Of a DNA stretch of 64,000 nucleotides, positions 12,775 to 26,229 are shown in pieces. The position numbers were made by a program, and so were the translations under genes. The stretch is from Squalus acanthias (Eukaryota), in assembly GCA_030390025.1 (NCBI GenBank), contig CM059427.1, positions 159,278,001 to 159,342,000 of the forward strand. The letters run 5' to 3'. Below the pieces are notes generated by a model. The model saw nothing but the letters and a program-made list of their open reading frames with translations, was not told where the DNA came from and made no database searches. Numbering within the stretch: the first letter of the stretch is position 1; each line of letters begins with the position of its first letter.

Positions 12775-13978
12775 GTATGTTCCTGATTTCATATTATTTG
12801 CCCAGTGTCTAATATCCCAAATGAGGTGTTACTGTTTCACTTTGCAGTCCAGAAGAATTGTGTAGCAGCTTAAAAGTACTGTCGTAAGTCAGTGCAATAT
12901 GCAGCTTTGTAATGTCATGAGTGTGGTGCATATCCTAGTCTCTCCACATAGTTTAGCTCTGATCAGGAACTGAGTGGATTGAGGATCAAACTTGTGAGAA
13001 TCAAACCTGTGAGCTGCACAATGCAACCTGATGTTATGAAGTACTGTTATTTGTTAAGTCAAATTTCAGTTTCAAAAATAGAAAATTCAATTCAGCTTCA
13101 AAATGTGAGTAAACTCATAATCCTTTAAAAGGGTAAAAATTGATTAATACTTTTTGTCCCTTCAGTTGTGCTGGAAGCAGTCCACCAAGGAATTCAGTGC
13201 ATGATTAAACACTTTTCTTACATCTGATTACCAGTGATGCAACTAGAGTATAAACAGGCTTTCCAATTTTTGCTGCTTGATTTTTTTCTTCTGATTTTTC
13301 TTTTTTTTGGTGCTTATTTTGGCAATCTTTTTGGGGTTTTGGTTTCCTTTTGTCAAAAAAGTAACCGTTGGAACAAATATTTTAACTTTATATTCGCCAT
13401 TAGAACTGCAATGTTCAGTCCAAACACGCATAATTTGATATGGACATTCATTTTGGTGATTGCAAGTGCTGAGATCAAAAACAAACAAACAATTCCTTGC
13501 AGTAAATTCATTATCTTTCCATTACTTTGGAAGAAGCTAAAATGCAATCAGTCACTAAAAAGTAAGTACATTTAACATGTTGAAAGAATGCATTTTAGTA
13601 TTGTTGGTGCTAACCAACTCCCAACTCCAAAAATTCTATCAGTGAGGGGTAATGGAGGAAGAAGCATCAATTTCAAGTGGAAAGCCTTTGGTGTAGTATA
13701 TGAAGGTCTGTCAGATGTGCTATCTCGCTTGTGGAACTGAGTACTCACTCAAAACCTTGCATCTGAGATAGGAATTGCATCCTACATTTATAAATGTTTC
13801 ACTTAAGTACTGCAAAATCAAATTCTTTTGTACATCATGGTAATTTGCCATTAAAAACATGTTAAATTTCTAACTGAAGTGATAAATATGTTCAGTGGAT
13901 AACCTCTTTAATACATTACATTGAACACGTCTTTATATGCTATATTTGAAATGTTAAAGAATTCTTGTTTTTTGTTAG

Positions 13979-14088
13979 GAGCAAATGTGCATGCCACTAC
14001 AGCTACAGGAGATACAGCCTTAACATATGCCTGTGAAAATGGGCATACTGATGTTGCTGATGTTCTTTTGCAAGCGGGAGCTGATTTG
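13979..14088 (+). CDS. ANKHD1: ANKHD1 exon (~10), GANVHATTATGDTALTYACENGHTDVADVLLQAGADL
   Basis: gttag| acceptor, TTG|gtaaga donor, 110 nt. Confidence 0.96.
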
Positions 14089-14400
14089 GTAAGAATCATT
14101 GTATCTTGTAACAACACACTGCAGCAATAGGAATGTGATAATTTGGTTGACTACAATTGAATACATACATTTAAACCATCTTAGCAAATATTCAATAGTT
14201 AGATTAGGTATACTTCATCTAAAAGATCGATTCTTCATTACCAAGTTAAATTACAAGTTTAATAGGAACTGCATAGTAGTGTGTTAGTATTTTTTTTTGA
14301 GTGGAATTCTGAAGTTCAGCTTTTGCAATTGCATATAGTTAAACTTAGAATTCTAATTCTTGAGCCCTTTCATGAATTTCCAAAACCTTTCTTTTTTTAG

Positions 14401-14488
14401 GAGCATGAATCTGAAGGTGGGAGGACACCCTTGATGAAAGCTGCAAGAGCTGGCCACTTGTGTACCGTACAGTTCCTCATCAGTAAAG
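14401..14488 (+). CDS. ANKHD1: ANKHD1 exon (~11), EHESEGGRTPLMKAARAGHLCTVQFLISK
   Basis: tttttag| acceptor, AAAG|gtgagc donor, 88 nt. Confidence 0.96.
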
Positions 14489-15696
14489 GTGAGCCTCCTT
14501 CATTAGTCCTGCAAAATGTCCTGAGTAAAATTTGAAGTTTTCTTCTACATACAATTGTACAAGCTTGAAGTTCAAATTTTTTAATACTGTTGTAAAAGAA
14601 ATTAATGGGTTGAGTAAGATTTCCTCCCCACTGGTGAGAATATAAGACAGGACATGGCAATTTTCTCTGGCTGACCTTTGTTTTCAGGTCACAAATTGAG
14701 ACACTGAAATAAACAATATAGGGTATTGGGAATGAGCAGAATGATGCAGGATATTTGAATGGTGGTGCTGTCTGATGAAGATTGCAAAGCAAATGTGCTT
14801 CCACTCCCAAGTTTCAGATTACCAAAACTGATCGTAGCAAGAGGTTCTGTATGTTCCTGTGAAGGCTAAGAGGTGGAATTATTGACCCAGAGGTATTGAC
14901 AGCTATTCTGAGATCCTCATTTGGCTTTTACTGCTTCCCAAGAGGTATGGGATCTTGGAGTGAAACACGCCAAGTAAAATATTAAGAAAGCAAATGATCC
15001 TAGCTTTAGGGAAACTTTTCTTTTAATAGTACTCAAAAGAAACAGGTTAACTCCTTTATTGCTGAGATGTTGAGTATTCAGTGCTCGGAGATCCTTTTGA
15101 TTCTTGACTGAAGCTCATTCAGCTTTTAATGCGTTGCAAGTACTTGTCCATTTTTCCTGCCCCTTGAATGCCAAAAGGGTAAGCAGATATTTTGTAAAGC
15201 ATTTTTTTTCTTAAAACTGGAAATTATTTAAATCTGAGAAATCCAGGAGTTCCTGAGAATTGCATTTGAGTGATAGATAATGAAATGCTTTCTTTATGGT
15301 TCCTAGTCACTAACACTCTTCTAAGTTTGTCAAGTGCATTCTATTTGGTTGGTATCCTTGAAGTAGCTATCGTAAAGCCAAGCTGTTGAAGCAATGACTG
15401 TATATTTATCAAACATTATTCACTTGATATCTCCAGTAGCTCCACTATGCACATAGAGACTGCTAAAGAGGGTATACAGATGTGGCTTTGTCTTTCTTCA
15501 ACTACCTAAACTGCATCCTGCCTGTACCAGGAAAATAAATAAATATATATCTGTAGTATTTTTATACAAGTTATTGCACTCCAACTGATTTGCGTTTACG
15601 GTAATACTGGAATTGATTCAAAGCACTGTGCAGATTGCACATATGGTCACGGCACAATTGCTCCACACTAACTACGCTTAAACTTTGCCTTTTCAG

Positions 15697-15824
15697 GAGC
15701 AAATGTAAACAGGGCTACAGCCAACAATGATCATACAGTGGTATCTTTAGCATGTGCTGGAGGGCACCTTGCTGTTGTTGAACTCCTTTTGGCACATGGG
15801 GCAGATCCTACACATCGATTAAAG
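15697..15824 (+). CDS. ANKHD1: ANKHD1 exon (~12), GANVNRATANNDHTVVSLACAGGHLAVVELLLAHGADPTHRLK
   Basis: tttcag| acceptor, AAG|gtattg donor, 128 nt. Confidence 0.96.
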
Positions 15825-15957
15825 GTATTGAAAATGTGCTTTACAGGGTCCATTTTGTAAGACTGCAAACTGTACAGCGGTCTGATGTAGCGAATATCCT
15901 TTACAAAATTCCTTTTATGAAAAAGAAAAGTTGGCTTATCTTTGATGTGTTTCTCAG

Positions 15958-16101
15958 GACGGCTCCACTATGCTCATAGAAGCTGCTAAAGGGGGGCATA
16001 CAAATGTGGTTTCGTACTTGTTAGACTACCCAAACAACATCCTGCCTGTACCAGGACCAGATGTGGCTCAGCTCACACCACCTTCACATGACCAGTCTCA
16101 G
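15958..16101 (+). CDS. ANKHD1: ANKHD1 exon (~13), DGSTMLIEAAKGGHTNVVSYLLDYPNNILPVPGPDVAQLTPPSHDQSQ
   Basis: ttctcag| acceptor, CAG|gtgagg donor, 144 nt. Confidence 0.96.
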
Positions 16102-17419
16102 GTGAGGTTACAAATTATTTTCAACTTCCTGCACCCCACGGTAAAATTTAAAGCACTAACTTTTATTTTAGACCGATGTTAAAGCTGACCATCTGCTTTT
16201 AAAACCAATTGTGAACAGACACTAATACAAATGCAAATCTGAAAGAAAATTTAGTTGAACATTATAATCTTGTGGGGTGCAGTCAAGTCATTCTTATCAA
16301 TGTTTGAATTTTTTTGCTGATTATAGTTGTTTCTACATAAGCTTGCACTTCATTCTAACTTGCTATCTGTTCTAGACTGCATTAACTATAAACTGCCCCG
16401 TTTATAAAACTAATGCCCACTTGGATGAAAATTGCACATGATTTGGGAAATCAAAAATTGCAATAGGCACACTTGGAACAAGAGTGAAACTTTTATATCT
16501 TGTATGTTTTTATTTGCATTTCATAGTATTGGCTACAGCTTGGATAACTTTTATTTTGGAAAGTTTACAATTGCGACGTCAAAAATTCTATCAGGGATTT
16601 GGTATAAAGTCTCCCGAGTAAATATGGTTTCCAATTAAGTTTCAACCAGGATTTGGCATGTACTACAGCAAAATTTGAATTTATTGCTCATGTCTTAACT
16701 TTAAATTTGAGCAAGATCTGGGCAGCAGAGGTGAAAAAATGCTTTGGTCCAATCTTGCAGCCAGTATGTATGTTCCTAAAGATTAAAAGACCAGTGCAGA
16801 GACAAATTGAGATTCTGATTGTTTTGGCTTGATTGCTTCTGGAATTGTTTGAAGTAGCAACTTCTGCATCAGTCAGTTTTTGGAGTGACTCTCTGGACTA
16901 ACCTACTGCAGGGGTAGCTGAAGTGGCATGTCTCCAAGGAGGTAGAAGTGAAAGTAAAAACAGTACCATCTTCTACAAGGCATGAGCTATTTAAGGCCTG
17001 AAATTTCTTGGAACTTTTCGGCATAAGAGTGGCGTTGCTCCATTATTTCCCCTGAGGATATTCGCTCGCAACTGTTTTATACTGGTTTTACACAGACATT
17101 GCTACGCACAAAATTCCTGGACATTTATAAGATATGTCCACTGAAACCATCTGTGGCTCATTTACATAGCTCTGTTCACCATGCAAGAGGCGAGCTCACT
17201 GGATTTCTTGCATTTGCATGGATAATGTGCTAGCGTAGATTTACGCCTAAAAATTTAGGTGGAACAGGAACCAAAGTCAGTGTAATTAAGCAATTTTCGC
17301 CTTGGAAGAAGTCCCAAACTGCCTAGCTTTATTTCTGCCGTTCTACAGCGATATTTTTTCCTCAATACCGAGACCTGCAGTAAACTTAACTAAAGTCCTT
17401 GAAGTTGACATTTTTGCCC

Positions 17420-18330
17420 CCAACCTTCCCTGCCCCAGGGATTGTACAGGCATGTCATACCAGGTCCTTATGGAGGAACTATACTTCATAAAAGGAAGCC
17501 ATCTCTGTGAAATTCAGCAGGATGACGTCAAGCCACAGACTATTTCGAGTGTTATTTGTCGAGACGATGGCCACCAAGATCCTGAACTTCAGCTCAGGAA
17601 TCCAGTCAGCCACGGGGGACCTATGGGCTCTAAAGGCCTACATTCACCAGGTGACGATGCCTTTTCCACAGAGCATCAGAATTTATTGCCTGTGGCATGT
17701 TCCACATGAAGCAAAGAGACAGGCCCATACAGTTCTACAGACTTGCTGGCTTCCCCAGGTGCAGGGGGAAATCGACAGAACCCACATGGTGCTAAAAGTG
17801 CCACATTGAAACCCTGTGACTTGCATCAACATAGCAGGCTTTTACAACCTTAACATGTAGATTGCCTGTACCCACCAATGGATACTGTACGTCAACGTGC
17901 AGCATGTGGAGGGCTGCCACAATGCCTTTAACCTTCGCCATTCAGCCACCACACAGTTATTCAGCGAGGATGGGCTGATAAATGCTTGGATCCTAGGGGA
18001 CAAGACCTGATGAGATAGTTGCTGACATCGTTCTGAGTGACACACTGCAGCAGAGGAATATTACTTTTCTGTCTATGTAGTGACCAGGCAGGTGGTGGAG
18101 AGGCTGTTTCAGGTGCTTGGACAGGTCAGGCAGTGTCCTGCAGTATGCACCAGAGAGTGTGGTAAAAATAATTGAGGTCAGCAACGCACCGCACAATTTC
18201 ACCTTGTGGAAAGGCCTCAGCCTGGACATAACTGGCAAAGAGCCGTGGAATCAGAAGTTCCTGAATTGCAAGGGGTGATAGCTGCTCAGACGAGAGGTCA
18301 TTTTGAGGTGCCAGGGTAGTCAGAAGATAG
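17420..18330 (+). pseudogene. Harbinger transposase (HARBI1/DDE_Tnp_4-like) pseudogene, frameshifted
   Basis: Motif relics across frames: LNFSSGIQSATGDL, GFPQVQGEIDRTH, AGFYNLN, WILGDK, RCLDRSGSVLQYAP...HN. Confidence 0.8.
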
Positions 18331-18579
18331 CTCTCTGCAGTAATGTTCAACAACTGATTGATTGCCTCCACCATCAGAACAAAGCTTCACCACCTTCTCC
18401 CTCGCTCTCGGACAGTAACGATTTTCAGAAGGGAATGTCCACCCAAGCACTCGACAACTCGCCAGCCCTTTAAACCCCCAAAAGGCTGTACCAACTTTCA
18501 TCGACCGAGTGAACAAGTTTGAACCAGTCGTGCAAGCTATTCCCAGTAGGACTGTGATCTCAAAGAGTAACAGATATTG

Positions 18580-19013
18580 GAATGATACAAGGGATGAGGG
18601 ATTTCAGTTATGTGGAGAGACTGGAGAAGCTGGGGTTGTTCTCCTTGGAGCAGCAAAGGTAAAGAGGAGATTTGAACAGTTTTGATAGAGTAAATAAGGA
18701 GAAACTGTTTCCAGTGGCAGAAGGGTCAGTAACAAGAGGACACATATTTAAGGTGATGGCAAAACAACCAGAGTTAACACGAGGAAAACATTTTTATGCA
18801 GTGAGTTGCGATTTGAATGCACTGCCTGAAAGAAGCAGATTCAATAGTAACTTTCAAAAGGGAATTGGATAAATACTTGAAGGGAAGAAAATTACAGGGC
18901 TATGGGAAAAGAGCTGGGGAGTGGAATTAATTGGATAGCTGTACCAAAGAGCTGGCACAGGCTTGATGGGCTGAATGGCACCCTTCTGTGCTGTATCATT
19001 CTATGATTCTATG
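18580..19013 (+). mobile_element. CR1 LINE 3' end nested in the Harbinger
   Basis: FDRVNKEKLFPVAEGSVTRGH, a LNALP variant of WNALP, and tail tgtgctgtatcattctatgattctatg. Confidence 0.85.
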
Positions 19014-20759
19014 CATTGAAGTGAAAATACAACTTTAATACAATGAATAACAACACAAACTGGCATCAATGAACAACAAGGCACAAAAAGAGAACTTCAA
19101 CCAAGAAAAATAAATGAGATCCAGACCCTTCTCTATAGAGCTGCATTATTGATCAACAACAGAACAAGTGAAACGTCAAGGTGCATCCATACTTTGCAAG
19201 ATATAATGCAATCCCCATTGAAATTTATTAGTGCACTTTAAACCTTAAGAGATGGCCAAGGACAAGCAGGCCTGCATCAATGACAAAAGAAAAAGTGCAG
19301 TGTCAAACTTTACAATTGTTGCTAGATTAAACAAATGAATTGTTAAACTGCATTAATGTACATTGAACATTAATGAAAGACATATAGGCTCACATTAATG
19401 ACTTAAATCAGAATAAGGGCAGTATCAAACTGTATACAGTAATTTGCAAGAAAAAAAATTCTCAAACTGTCATAGAGCACAATGAACCTTTATAATGGAA
19501 CGTCCACAAGCAAACAGGCCAACCTAATTAACTCAACAGAGAAGGTGAACAGTCATCTGTCATGCAGTTGAAAAGCAGCCATCAGGAATAAAAGCAGGTG
19601 GACTCGGCATTAGACAGCCACCTACTCTTTCAAGACATTGCGCTTTCCTCTAGTGCTGAGACGAGACTTTTGTCCAAGTTCTCTCCTGTTGTATTTAACT
19701 GTCCTTGGGACCAGGAAGTGGTGAGGGGGAGGCTCTTGATGCTGTACTGAAAGGTCATGGGGCTGAGGTGCCTCTCGACTCATGGCAGCTGGCTCCTGAT
19801 GTGGAGCTACGGTTGGCTGCGTCTGTGGAGAGAGCGGTGAAGTCGGGTGTTGCCTGCCTTGTTCTACTGGCATAGCGGTCTAAGTGGGACAAGGCCGGAG
19901 CCCTTGCAAGTGCTGCCATCCTGAAGCGTCGGCAGCATCAGGCACTTGCACTACAATCGTCACCCTTCCACTTGGCCCTGGATCTGCGGCCCCGGTCATC
20001 AGCCGGATGTCTCCTGTGATTGCAGCCACCAAATCCTGGAAGTGCTGAGTCACTGCATTGGTCTACAGCCAGAAAGCATATGCCCTCCAGTCTGTCCCCC
20101 ATTGTAAATGCCAAATCCTGGGTCGGTTCACGCAAAGCGGACACTGCGTCCACAATGTTGTTGCATATCAGAGCTGTGGACTCTGAAGATGGTCCCCAGA
20201 GCGCGCACATTCTTGTAATGCTCTTGGAACATGCATCTCTTAAGGCGCGCACCCATAACGTCTGGGTCCCTTGACTTTTCAGTCCTCGGCCGCCTTCCAC
20301 TCTGCCTCTGTGGAGGAGGGGCCACATCCTCCCCCCACTTCTGACGTCAGCCAGTGAGCTTACCTGGCTATATCTAACTGGCTTCACTGGTGGCTAGAAC
20401 AGTTGAGCCAGGTGACTCGAATGTTGAAACAGAAGGGCTTGGGGAAGCCAAAGGAGATGTACTTTTTCCAACCTCCTGGAGCTCCACCTCCTCACCTGCA
20501 TTCTGGTGGTTTTCTGGATCTGTAGTAATAAAAAGTAAAAGGGGTAAAATGGTTAAGCAAGCCCCTCAGGATGCAGTCTCCATTTTAAAAAGGGGTGGAA
20601 GACTAGGTTTGTGAAATGGTACAGAGGGCTGCCATGGAGATATCAGGTGTTTAGGTACTCACCTCCCAGCAGCATGATGCCACTGACCTCAGCTTCCGTC
20701 ACTGCCACAGTGACATGCTGAAGATAAAAGAAATAGGAGATGAGAATACAGGTCAGACC

Positions 20760-22890
20760 AAAGTAATCAGCAAGGGTAACAAACGGTCAGGGAATAAATA
20801 TAGCTATAAAACAGAATGATAAAAGGACTTTTTATAAAAAAAAAAGTAAAAGGAAACAACTATTAAAGGCAAATTACACAGCATCCAAAATAAAATTGGG
20901 GAACTGGAGGCAATAATCTGTAGCGAGGAACCAGATGTAGTCGGAATAACTGAAACATGGCTACATAAAGAACTGAACTGGCAGCTAAATATTGCAGGTT
21001 ATAACATATAATCAGAAAGGATAGGGAAGGAAGAAGGGGCGTGGGTTAGCTGTACTAATTTAGAGATAACAATGGCAGTAGAAAAAAGGGACATAACTAA
21101 CAGAAGGTTAGAAACAGAATCCATATGAATTGAAATAAAAGATGAGGGATCGATCATGCTAATAGGGGTATGCTACAGACCACCCAATAGTGGAAAGGGG
21201 TGGAGGAAGAAATACGAAAGTAAATATGTAAAATGAGTAGTGGACATCGAATAATAATCATGGGAATTTTTAACTGGCAAGAGGAGGTGGCGAAATGGGT
21301 ACAGAGAATGGAGTTTTTACAATTTGTGCAGGACTCCTTTCTTACCCAGTTTGTAAAAATCCCAACAAGAGATGGAGCACTGCTGGATCTAGTAATGGGA
21401 AATAAACCAGAACAGATAAGAGAAGTAAGCGTAGGGGAACATCTAGGCAATAGCGATAACAACATAAGGTTTCAGATCAAGCTTGAGAAAGACATAAGAC
21501 AACAACAAAGTAATACACTGAGGGAAAAAAAATGATTATAAGGGGATGAGAATAGAACTAGGGAAAATAAACTGGAAAAGTTTACTGCCCAACAAAAACA
21601 AAGCAGTGGGAAGCATTTAAAATGGTAATCAGTAGAGTCGAGGAGAAATATAACTCACTAAAAAGCAAGAACAAACTAGCCAGCAATATGCCATGGATGA
21701 ATAAAGAAATAATAGCACAATTGAAACTAAAGAAAAAGGCATACACGGAGTACCTAGACAACAAATGAGAGGATGACAAAAGGGAATACGAAAAGGTTCG
21801 GAAAGAAGTCACTATTGCATATAAAAATTCATTATAAAAGGGAGTAGTGCCTGAGGACTGGCGAACAGCTAATGTCATTCCTATATTTGAAAAGGGAGAT
21901 GGAACAAATCCAGGGAACTATAGACCAATTAGCTTAATGTCGATGGTAGGAAAGACAATGGAATCCTCACTGAAAGATGTAATAGAAAAACATCTAGAAA
22001 CTGAAAATATAATGGAGTAGTCAGCACGGATTACAAAAGGGAAGGTTGTGCTTGACCAACCTTATTGAATTCTTTGAAAAAGTAACAGAGGGTAGGTGAG
22101 GGTATTGTAGTAGACGTAATATATTTGGATTTCCAAAAGGCCTTCATAATAGACTCATGACTAAAGTCAGAACATGTGGAGTCAGGTACAAGTACCAGAA
22201 TGAATAGTAAGCTAGTTACAAAACAGAAACAGAGTAGGGGTTAAAGGTAGTTACTCGGACTGTTCTACAAGGATTGGTGCTGGGGGCCACTGTTGTTCAC
22301 CATTTCCACAAACATTTTGGACTTGAGAATCAGAAGTGCAATTTCAAAATTTGTGGATGGCACAAAATTAGGGGGTTAATACAGAGGAGGACTGCAACAA
22401 AATACAGGAAGGTATTAATAAACTTCCAGAATGGGTATGTAATTGGCAATTTAACTTCAATGTAGGTAAGTGTGAAGTGGTGCATTTTGGTAGAAATAGT
22501 AAGTAGGCCACTTATGCCTTGGGGGGAAAAAAGTGTCTAAATGGAGTAGAGGAGCAGAGGGATCTGGGGGTACAGATACACACCATTAAAAGCAGTGACA
22601 CACGTTAATAAGGCCATAAAAAAGAACTGGGGTTTATTTCTAGAGGGATAGAATTTAAAAGCAGAGAAGTTATGTTAAACTTGTATAGACCACACTTGGG
22701 AGTTCTGGTCTCCATATTATAAAAAGGATATGGAGGCACTGGAGAAGGTACAAAAAAGATTTACTAGAATGAGACCAGAACTGAGGAATTATACCTATCG
22801 GCAAAGATTGAACAGGCTCTTTTCTCCAGAAAAGTGAAGACTGAGTGGTGACCTGATGGAGGTCTTTAAGATTATGGAAGGGTTTGATAC
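20760..22890 (+). mobile_element. CR1 LINE (APE endonuclease plus RT, decayed, internally deleted) nested in the Harbinger
   Basis: PDVVGITETWL, PTRDGALLDLVM, VPEDWRTANV, GNYRPISL, YLDFQKAF and MEVFKIM relics. Confidence 0.85.
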
Positions 22891-23619
22891 AACCAATGTC
22901 TCTGACATTGTGCATCAACTTGTTCTGCAAAGAGTAAAGAGAATGCAGGTGAGGCTTGCAGTTGATCACTACATCAGGTGTCACCGTAGTGGTGGTGTGC
23001 GAGAGGTGTTTTTCTGTCTGATTCGGGAGCTGTGTAGGTATGTACTCTGCAGGATTGGGTGATAGAGGTGCACTTACCGAGTGCAGTCTCAAGTGTCTAT
23101 TGTGTGTGTGCTGCTTTGAGAGTTTAGAGTGTGGTAGTGTCCAGGGTTGGCAAAAAATAAACGGAGTGCTTACCTTTCCAGCTCTGGTCAGGTCATTAAA
23201 CTACTTCTGGCACTTATCTGAGATCCTGGCAGTGACATTGTGCCACCTCACTCTAGGCTCCATGACTGGCAGAAAATTCGGGGCCATTATTTTGAAATTT
23301 GTTGTTTTGGTGTAAGCGGAGCTGGTACTTCTTGCTCCTTCCCTACCCACTTAAAAAAAAAAAGTCTTTATTAATTGATAATTCATTAAAAACAGTCCAA
23401 GATACAGCATTGCTGTGACCGAATGGGAGCTTTTAATACCAAATTTTTGAGGTTCAGCTGTGCTTGCCAACTGTGAAGTTAGTACTCTAATCACGTGGTT
23501 CACATTCTTTGTAATTGTGAAAAAGTTAAATTGGGATTGAATTTAGTGAATTGAAACTGGAATTAAACACTTGGGATTTCAAGTTATGATTAAACAGAAT
23601 ACTTTTGATATCTGGTGAT

Positions 23620-25203
23620 CAACAAGGGGGAAAGGAAGGGCTAGAGCTCCCTGGATGACTAAAGGAATGGAGATTAAAAATGAAATAGCAAAAGGAGGCT
23701 TATGATAAATGTCAGGCTCATAATACAGAAAGTACAGAGAACTGAAAAAGGAAATAAGTATGGCAAGGAGAGTGTACGAGAATAGATTAGCGGGTAACAT
23801 AAAAGGGAATATAAAAGTCTTTTATAAACATATATAAAAGAGGTGGTCAAAGGAAGGGTGGGGACGATTAGGGACCTAAAAGGAGATCATCTTGTGGAGG
23901 CAGAGGGCATGGCTGAGGCACTAAATGAGCACTTTACATCTGTCTTCACTAAAGAAGATGATGCTGTCAATATCAGTGAAGGAGGAGGTAGTAGAGAAAT
24001 TGGATAGGATAAAAATAAAGAGGAGATACTTAAAAGGTAGGCAACGCTCAAACTTTAAAAAAAAAAGAGTGGTGCCAGAAGACTGGAGGATTGGAAATAT
24101 TATACCCCTGTTCAAAAAAGGGAGAGGAATAAACCTGGCAATGACAGGCCAGTCAGCCTAACGTCAGTGGTGGGGAAACTTTTACAGACAATAATCCGAG
24201 TCAAAATTAATTGTCACTTGGAAAAATATGTAGTGGTGAGCGGTTGTTTTTCAGACTGGAGGGATGTGTGCTGGTGCCACCCATGGGTATTGGGACCACT
24301 GCTCTTTTTGATATATATTAATGACTTGACTTGGGTATACAGGGCATAATTTTAAAGCTTGCAGATGTCACGGAACTCAAATAATGTAAATAGTGAGGTG
24401 GATAGTAACAGACTTCAGGAGGACATAAACAGACTGGTGAAATGGGCAGACACATGGCGGATACAATTTATCGCAGAGAAGTGTGTAGTGATGCATTTTG
24501 GTAGAAAGAATGAGGAGAAGTAATATAAACTAAATGGTACCATTTTAAAGGGGGTGTAGGAACAGTGAGACCTTGGGGTGTACATACTAAAATCTTTGAA
24601 GGTGGCAGGACAAGTTGCGAAGGCTGTTAAAAAGCATATGGGATCCTTGGCTTTATAAACAGAGGCATAGAGTACAAAAGCAAAGAGGTTATGCTAAACT
24701 TTTATAAATCATTGGTTAGGCCCTAGTTGGAGTACTATGTCCAATTCTGGGCACCACACTTCAGTAAGGATGTCAAGGCCTCCGAGAAGGTGTGGAGGAG
24801 ATTTACCAGAATGGTACCAGGGATGTGGGAGTTCAGTTACGTAGAGACTAGGGAAGCTGGGGTTGTTCTTCTTAGAGCAGAGAAGGTTAAGAGAAGATTT
24901 AATCAAGGCGTTCAAAATCATGAAGGGTTTTGATAGAGTAAATAAGGATAAACTGTTTCCAGTAGCAGAAGGGTCGGTAACCAGAGGTGAGAGAATTTTT
25001 TTTACGCAGAGGGTTGTTAGGATCTGGAATGCACTGCCTGAAAGGGTGGTGGAATCAGACTCTAATAACTTTCAAAAGGGAATCGGATAAATATTTGAAG
25101 GGGGGAAAATTGCAGGGCTATGGGGATAGGGCAGGGGAATGGGACTAATTGGATAGCTCTTTCAAAGAGCTGGCACAGGCACGATGGGCCTGTATCATTC
25201 TAT
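23620..25203 (+). mobile_element. CR1 LINE relic
   Basis: VVPEDWRIGNIIPLFKKG, LGPLLFLIYINDL, EYYVQFWAPH, RVVRIWNALPE; CR1 tail near 25170-25203. Confidence 0.85.
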
Positions 25204-25351
25204 CAAAATTTAAGCTTTGGTAAAGATTAGAATCTTGCTTTGAATAGTCTGAATTCCATCTGAAGCTAGGCATCGCTTGCAGACAAGAGTATAAGTTTAT
25301 ATAACTATTGCTCTGTTATTGTGCAATTGAATTGTTGAATTTTTTTTTCAG

Positions 25352-25454
25352 GCTCCCAGGGTGCCGGTGCAAGCACTCGCCATGGTAGTTCCACCCCAGG
25401 AACCTGACCAGTCTCCAGCGAATGTTGGAGCTACGCTTTCTGTCATTAATAAAG
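25352..25454 (+). CDS. ANKHD1: ANKHD1 exon (~14), APRVPVQALAMVVPPQEPDQSPANVGATLSVINK
   Basis: tttttcag| acceptor, AAAG|gtgagt donor, 103 nt, conserved MVVPPQEPD motif. Confidence 0.95.
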
Positions 25455-26229
25455 GTGAGTTTTTTTTTTGTTTTTATTGGTTGAGGGAGGAAGTTAATGT
25501 GCTTTCCTGTGGATTATAAATATATAGTTTCCTTCCCAATTCCCACCCATTAGGGACCTGAGTCTCAAAGAAATCACAATGAAGGAAGCATGAAGGAACA
25601 TGTAGGAAATAAACTTTGTATCTAACAACCCCATTTGTTTGTTAATGGGGTTAAGCACATGGTTTCATATGAAGCACGTTTAGTTTTGCAATTTGAGTCT
25701 TTTTTGCATGATTTATTTAAGATCCATGTTTTAAGTAACTAAAGGAGTTCGAATGCTATTTGTGTCCCTCAAATAAGATTTTCTGCCTACTGATATGGTT
25801 TCATGGACTTTTCATAGACTGTCACCTAGCTAACAGTAGGATGACCGGTTTGGACAGATTTCATGTCTGATTCCTAAAAGTGGGGTGGTAGGGGTGAACA
25901 TTTTAATGGTCTTGGAGATCAGTGTTAGAAACAGCCAACTTATCTTGCCTTTTTGAGGCTAGGAAATAGGGAGGCATACATTTTGTTTGAGAAAGGCATA
26001 CAGTTGATATTTCAGAATGCATTTGTGGTTTCTATCTACAAGAAGGGAGTTGTGAGTGAGACTGAAAACTGCTGAAGAATCTTGCTGTTACCCATGTCGC
26101 TTTAAAATGGTTCTTGGGTCATCACAGCATGTATATTGGCTGCTTGGGAGGCCCATGAATAATCAAAATAGAGTGGCCTTATGAGCAATATGTAGTGTAG
26201 TTTGTGGCTTCACACAAGATCATGGAATT

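Larger units (their letters stand above)
16994..23286 (+). mobile_element. Decayed PIF/Harbinger DNA transposon: transposase on +, spliced Myb/SANT-like gene on -, nested CR1 insertions
   Basis: TTA at 16991-16993 and 23287-23289. Imperfect TIRs AGGCCTGAAATTTC / GAAAATTCGGGGCCA. Transposase and Myb-like relics lie inside. Confidence 0.7.

Noticed and set aside
17302-18330. Domesticated HARBI1-like gene nested in the intron
   Set aside because: Multiple frameshifts, stops and degraded catalytic motifs; it sits within TIRs as a transposon fossil.
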